From contig NIVC01000023.1 in assembly GCA_002269645.1 (NCBI GenBank), positions 1-64,000 of the forward strand: 64,000 bases of DNA. The letters run 5' to 3'. Numbering within the stretch: the stretch's first letter is position 1; the number at the start of each line of letters is the position of its first letter. The translations under genes and the position numbers were made by a program. Below the pieces are notes generated by a model. It ran no database searches. It was not told the origin of the DNA and saw only the letters and a list, made by a program, of their open reading frames with translations. Shown one piece after another: positions 60,812 through 64,000 of this stretch. The DNA comes from Macrostomum lignano (Eukaryota).

Positions 60812-63800
60812 TGTCGCGTTCTTTGGTGCATGCATGCTAGTGGAGTGGTTAACTCTATTATCGATTTTTATTATTAGCCTATAACCACCCTCTCCGTCAG
60901 TCTTTTCCTATGTACGCACTTGTGAGGGCGGCTACGTACTTGTAGACTGCCCAGCTAGACAGCAAATATAAATCAGTCAGGAGGCCACTGGCCCGAGCAC
61001 CTTGCTCTTTCTTAATTGTTATTTTTACAACATGGCGCCCGAATGAAAAAATATTTTATTTTACCTTAGCGGCTTTCTAACAAGCGACTTCAGTTAAGGC
61101 TACGACTGCAAGAATCGCTTTACTCTAACGCTGCAAGCCACGGCTGGTTCGCATTCTGGAGCAGTAGCATCTGCCTGTCCTGACGATGAGCAGCGGCCGC
61201 GGCTGGATATTACTAGATCAGCGTGCTTCCTTCACTCACTATTGAGAATTTCGCTAAGTTCAATTAAAGTTAATTTCTGTTTGTTCTGTTATTACGGTTG
61301 CTTATTTTTCGGTTTCTCTGATTCCGTGTTGATTGCCTCTGTTTTTCATGCTTCCTGCCTTTAATTAGTTGTAATATTTCGTGTTTCTTCTTTGTTTCTG
61401 GTTTGAGCTGGTCGACTCGCTCTGCTCATTGGCGCCGGGGTTTTCTTGCATTCTTTGCTCCTTCCGGTCGTCCGTCATGGTTCTCAGTGGAGATGAGCTG
61501 GCTGCAGCTGTTCGGAAACGGGCAGGAATCCGTTCGGCGATTACAAAAGCTATGGCTAAGGCTGAGGAAACTCTGCTAGGTGGTCCAGGAAGAGTGTTCA
61601 ACCGGATAGAAGCTGCTACGTATATCGACATCCTTAGTCCTAAGCTGGAAGCTTTGCATCAATTGGATGAGGTTATTGAGGAGTCTGTTGAGGAAGACCA
61701 GCTGGACAGGGAACAGGAAGAGAATCAGACTTACTCATTGAGATGCATTAGTTGCATCAAGAAGTTGACTGAAGCCGTTCAACGGCATGAAAACTTTGCC
61801 GCTGCGGCGAATTCGGCTACAGGTACACCTGGCCTTGTCTCTACGCAGGTAAAGCTTCCAAAGAGACAGCTCCCGATTTTCACGGGGAGATTGCAACGTG
61901 GCAGTCTTTCTGGGATCAGTTTGAGTCATCGGTCCATAAGAGCTCCACGCTTGCAGATATCGACAAGTTCAATTATCTCCTAAGTGCTCTATCAGACTCT
62001 GTCAAATCATGCATTAGGGGGCTTTCTGTAACGTCTTTAAATTATGGTATAGCTGTTGAAATTCTAACAGAGCGTTATGGCAAGTCTGAAGTTATTGTCA
62101 GAGATTTAATGCACCGGATCTCTGAGCTGCGCTTGCAGGACACCTCATTGAGGTGCCTGCAGCAGTTTCACGATGATATCTCGGCTAACATGCGGAGTCT
62201 AGAATCCCAGGGGGTCTATGCTAGCTCCTATCAATCTCTTCTAGTTCCAACATTACTGGGGAGATGCCCGGCGAGTTTTCGCCTCGATCTGCTTCGAGCG
62301 GCTCAGCTTCAGGGTGGAAGCATTTCCACGCTCGGTAGTTTTTTGCAGCAGCTGAAAAGCGAAATAGAAGTGCGTGAGAGTGCTGGAAATCATTGGAGTG
62401 CAAAATCAAGTTCTCAACACGGTTCGAACACTGACTCAAAGTCGACGCCAAAGACTCCAATGTCGATGGCATCCACCCTGGTGGTGGTGCCACCGAAGGC
62501 TGCCGAGTCCGATTCGAAACACTCTTGCCCCTATTGCAAAGAGTCGCACTCGCCAGAGAGCTGCAATCGGGTTTCGACAGTCAAGGAAAGACGTGAATGC
62601 TTAGCCAGCGAGCAGCGTTGTTTTCGATGCTTGCGGCAAGGGCATAGGGTCCCGAAGTGTCGCGATCCCTTAAGGTGCCACATCTGCTCAGGTAGGCATC
62701 ACGTCAGTCTCTGCTTTCAGAGTAACTCGCACAGCCAGCCAACAGGCAAAGCTAACAAGGCCAAGGCAGAGCCTACACAGCCACGCCAGAAACAAGTCAC
62801 GATTCCACGCAATCAATGTCTTACCGCAGTGGCTCCTGATGTTCCGCAGCTTCAGGACGGCACGGAATCGAGGATCGCGGAGGCAAACTCACCGCAAGAG
62901 TTGGCCAGAATGGACAGTGACGGTTCGGTTGTCATGTCCATGTTTATATCGGGAAATCCATCAGTGGCGCTGCCAGTGGCCAAGGCTATCCTTATCAGTT
63001 CAGATGGCCGCAAAGAAATGATGGTGCGCCTTCTCCTCGACACTGCCAGTAACCGAAGCTACATCCGGCAGGATGTGTGTGAGGCTATGGGTCTCGGAGC
63101 TGCTTCCACAGAGACGTTATGCGTGTCCACTTTCGCGGGATTGAACACAACAATACAGTCTGGGAGTGTTGGGTTCTCAATTCGGAAAGTTGATTCATTT
63201 GAGGTCATTGATCTGAAAGCCAATGTGGTGAAAACCATTTGCCAACCTCAGCGTTCAGTCAGGATGAATGAGTTTGAGCACCTGCGCTCTCTTGATCTTG
63301 CAGATCCGTTTGATCCGCGCGATGGGAGCACTCCGATTTCAATCTTGATTGGCTCGGACTTTTACTATCAGATAGTTGGTGATGAGATTATTCGTGGACT
63401 TCACGGCCCGGTCGCTATCTCTTCGAAGCTAGGCTATCTTCTGTGTGGGCCGCTGACAGTAAATACTCGGAGTCGCGTCGATGGCTTGGATGAGGGTCAG
63501 TCGGTCAGCGAAGGAGCCTGCACCAGCACGCCGGTGGTGTGCTGCTTTGCCAGTGGCGGCTCGGATTTGGTGGTTGCCGACAGCCAGGATTTCACGGCAC
63601 TGTGGAGGCTGGATTCGATAGGAATTCTTGACGATCCGCGACCTGCTGCGGCGGAAGATTTTCCATGCAATGCGCAGCTTCGCGAGGGTCGCTATTCGGT
63701 GCAGTTGCCGTGGGCCTATGCCAAAGAGGCGATTGAATTACGGGATCACTTTGATCTGGCAGCACATCGGTTAAGGTCCAGTATGCGCCATTTAGAGCGC

Positions 63801-64000
63801 AATCCAGCTAAGTTGGCTCAGTGTGATGGAATCCTCGCCGAGCAGGAAAATCTGGGTATTATAGAGAAGGTCCCAACCACTGAAAGCGCCCAGCCAGCTG
63901 CAATCATTCATTACCTACCGCACAGTTGCGTCTCAAAGTCAGATAGCGAGCATACAAAGCTTCGCATGGTTTTCGACGGATCCGCAAAGGCAAACAGTAC
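60812..64000 (+). mobile_element. Pao/BEL LTR retrotransposon, 5' part
   Basis: Putative 5' LTR TG..CA 60812-61032, followed by PBS TGGCGCCCGAA (61033-61043, tRNA-Lys-like) and a gag-pol ORF. The 3' LTR is not in the window, so LTR limits are inferred. Confidence 0.9.
61478..64000 (+). CDS. Pao/BEL gag-pol polyprotein (partial; 1-nt frameshift at ~61885)
   Basis: DUF1759-type gag LPKRQLPIFTG(E)IATWQSFWDQF..DKFNYL; three Cys-His knuckles (CPYCKESHSPESC, CFRCLRQGHRVPKC, CHICSGRHHVSLC); protease LLDTASNRSYI; RT start GRYSVQLPW..HYLPH..KLRMVFDGSAK. Open to the window end. Confidence 0.9.

Noticed and set aside
61870-61910. Programmed ribosomal frameshift in Pao gag
   Set aside because: It falls mid-gag within a conserved motif, has no slippery heptamer, and is repaired by one extra G in a G-run, so it is a mutation or sequencing error.

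Overview
Animal nuclear DNA. Spliceosomal introns, Q-rich proteins and a different minisatellite in almost every intron suggest a flatworm such as Macrostomum (inference, not verified). Bases 1-10076 are the right part of an integrated, partly decayed Maverick/Polinton (adintovirus-like) element. It carries a fibre-like adhesin, adenain protease, minor and major capsid proteins, packaging ATPase, an HNH nuclease and a PLA2-integrase fusion, with no pPolB in the window. The main discovery is a complete 302-nt group IC1 self-splicing intron (7712-8013) that splits the PLA2 motif of the PLA2-integrase gene. It ends in A instead of G and sits next to a free-standing HNH endonuclease. The element also carries a combinatorial family of CG-bounded triloop double hairpins at gene ends and a terminal fold-back with a C-free 100-nt loop. 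Host genes follow: 3' exons of a DEG/ENaC channel, a divergent N-terminally extended DHFR, a coiled-coil/CAP-Gly protein, GW182/TNRC6, a RING protein with GxxNxVx heptad repeats and 3' exons of NAE1. A Pao/BEL LTR retrotransposon runs off the right edge. More than 25 tandem-repeat arrays are interspersed. All folds, splice models and motif matches were derived by eye; no database search was run.
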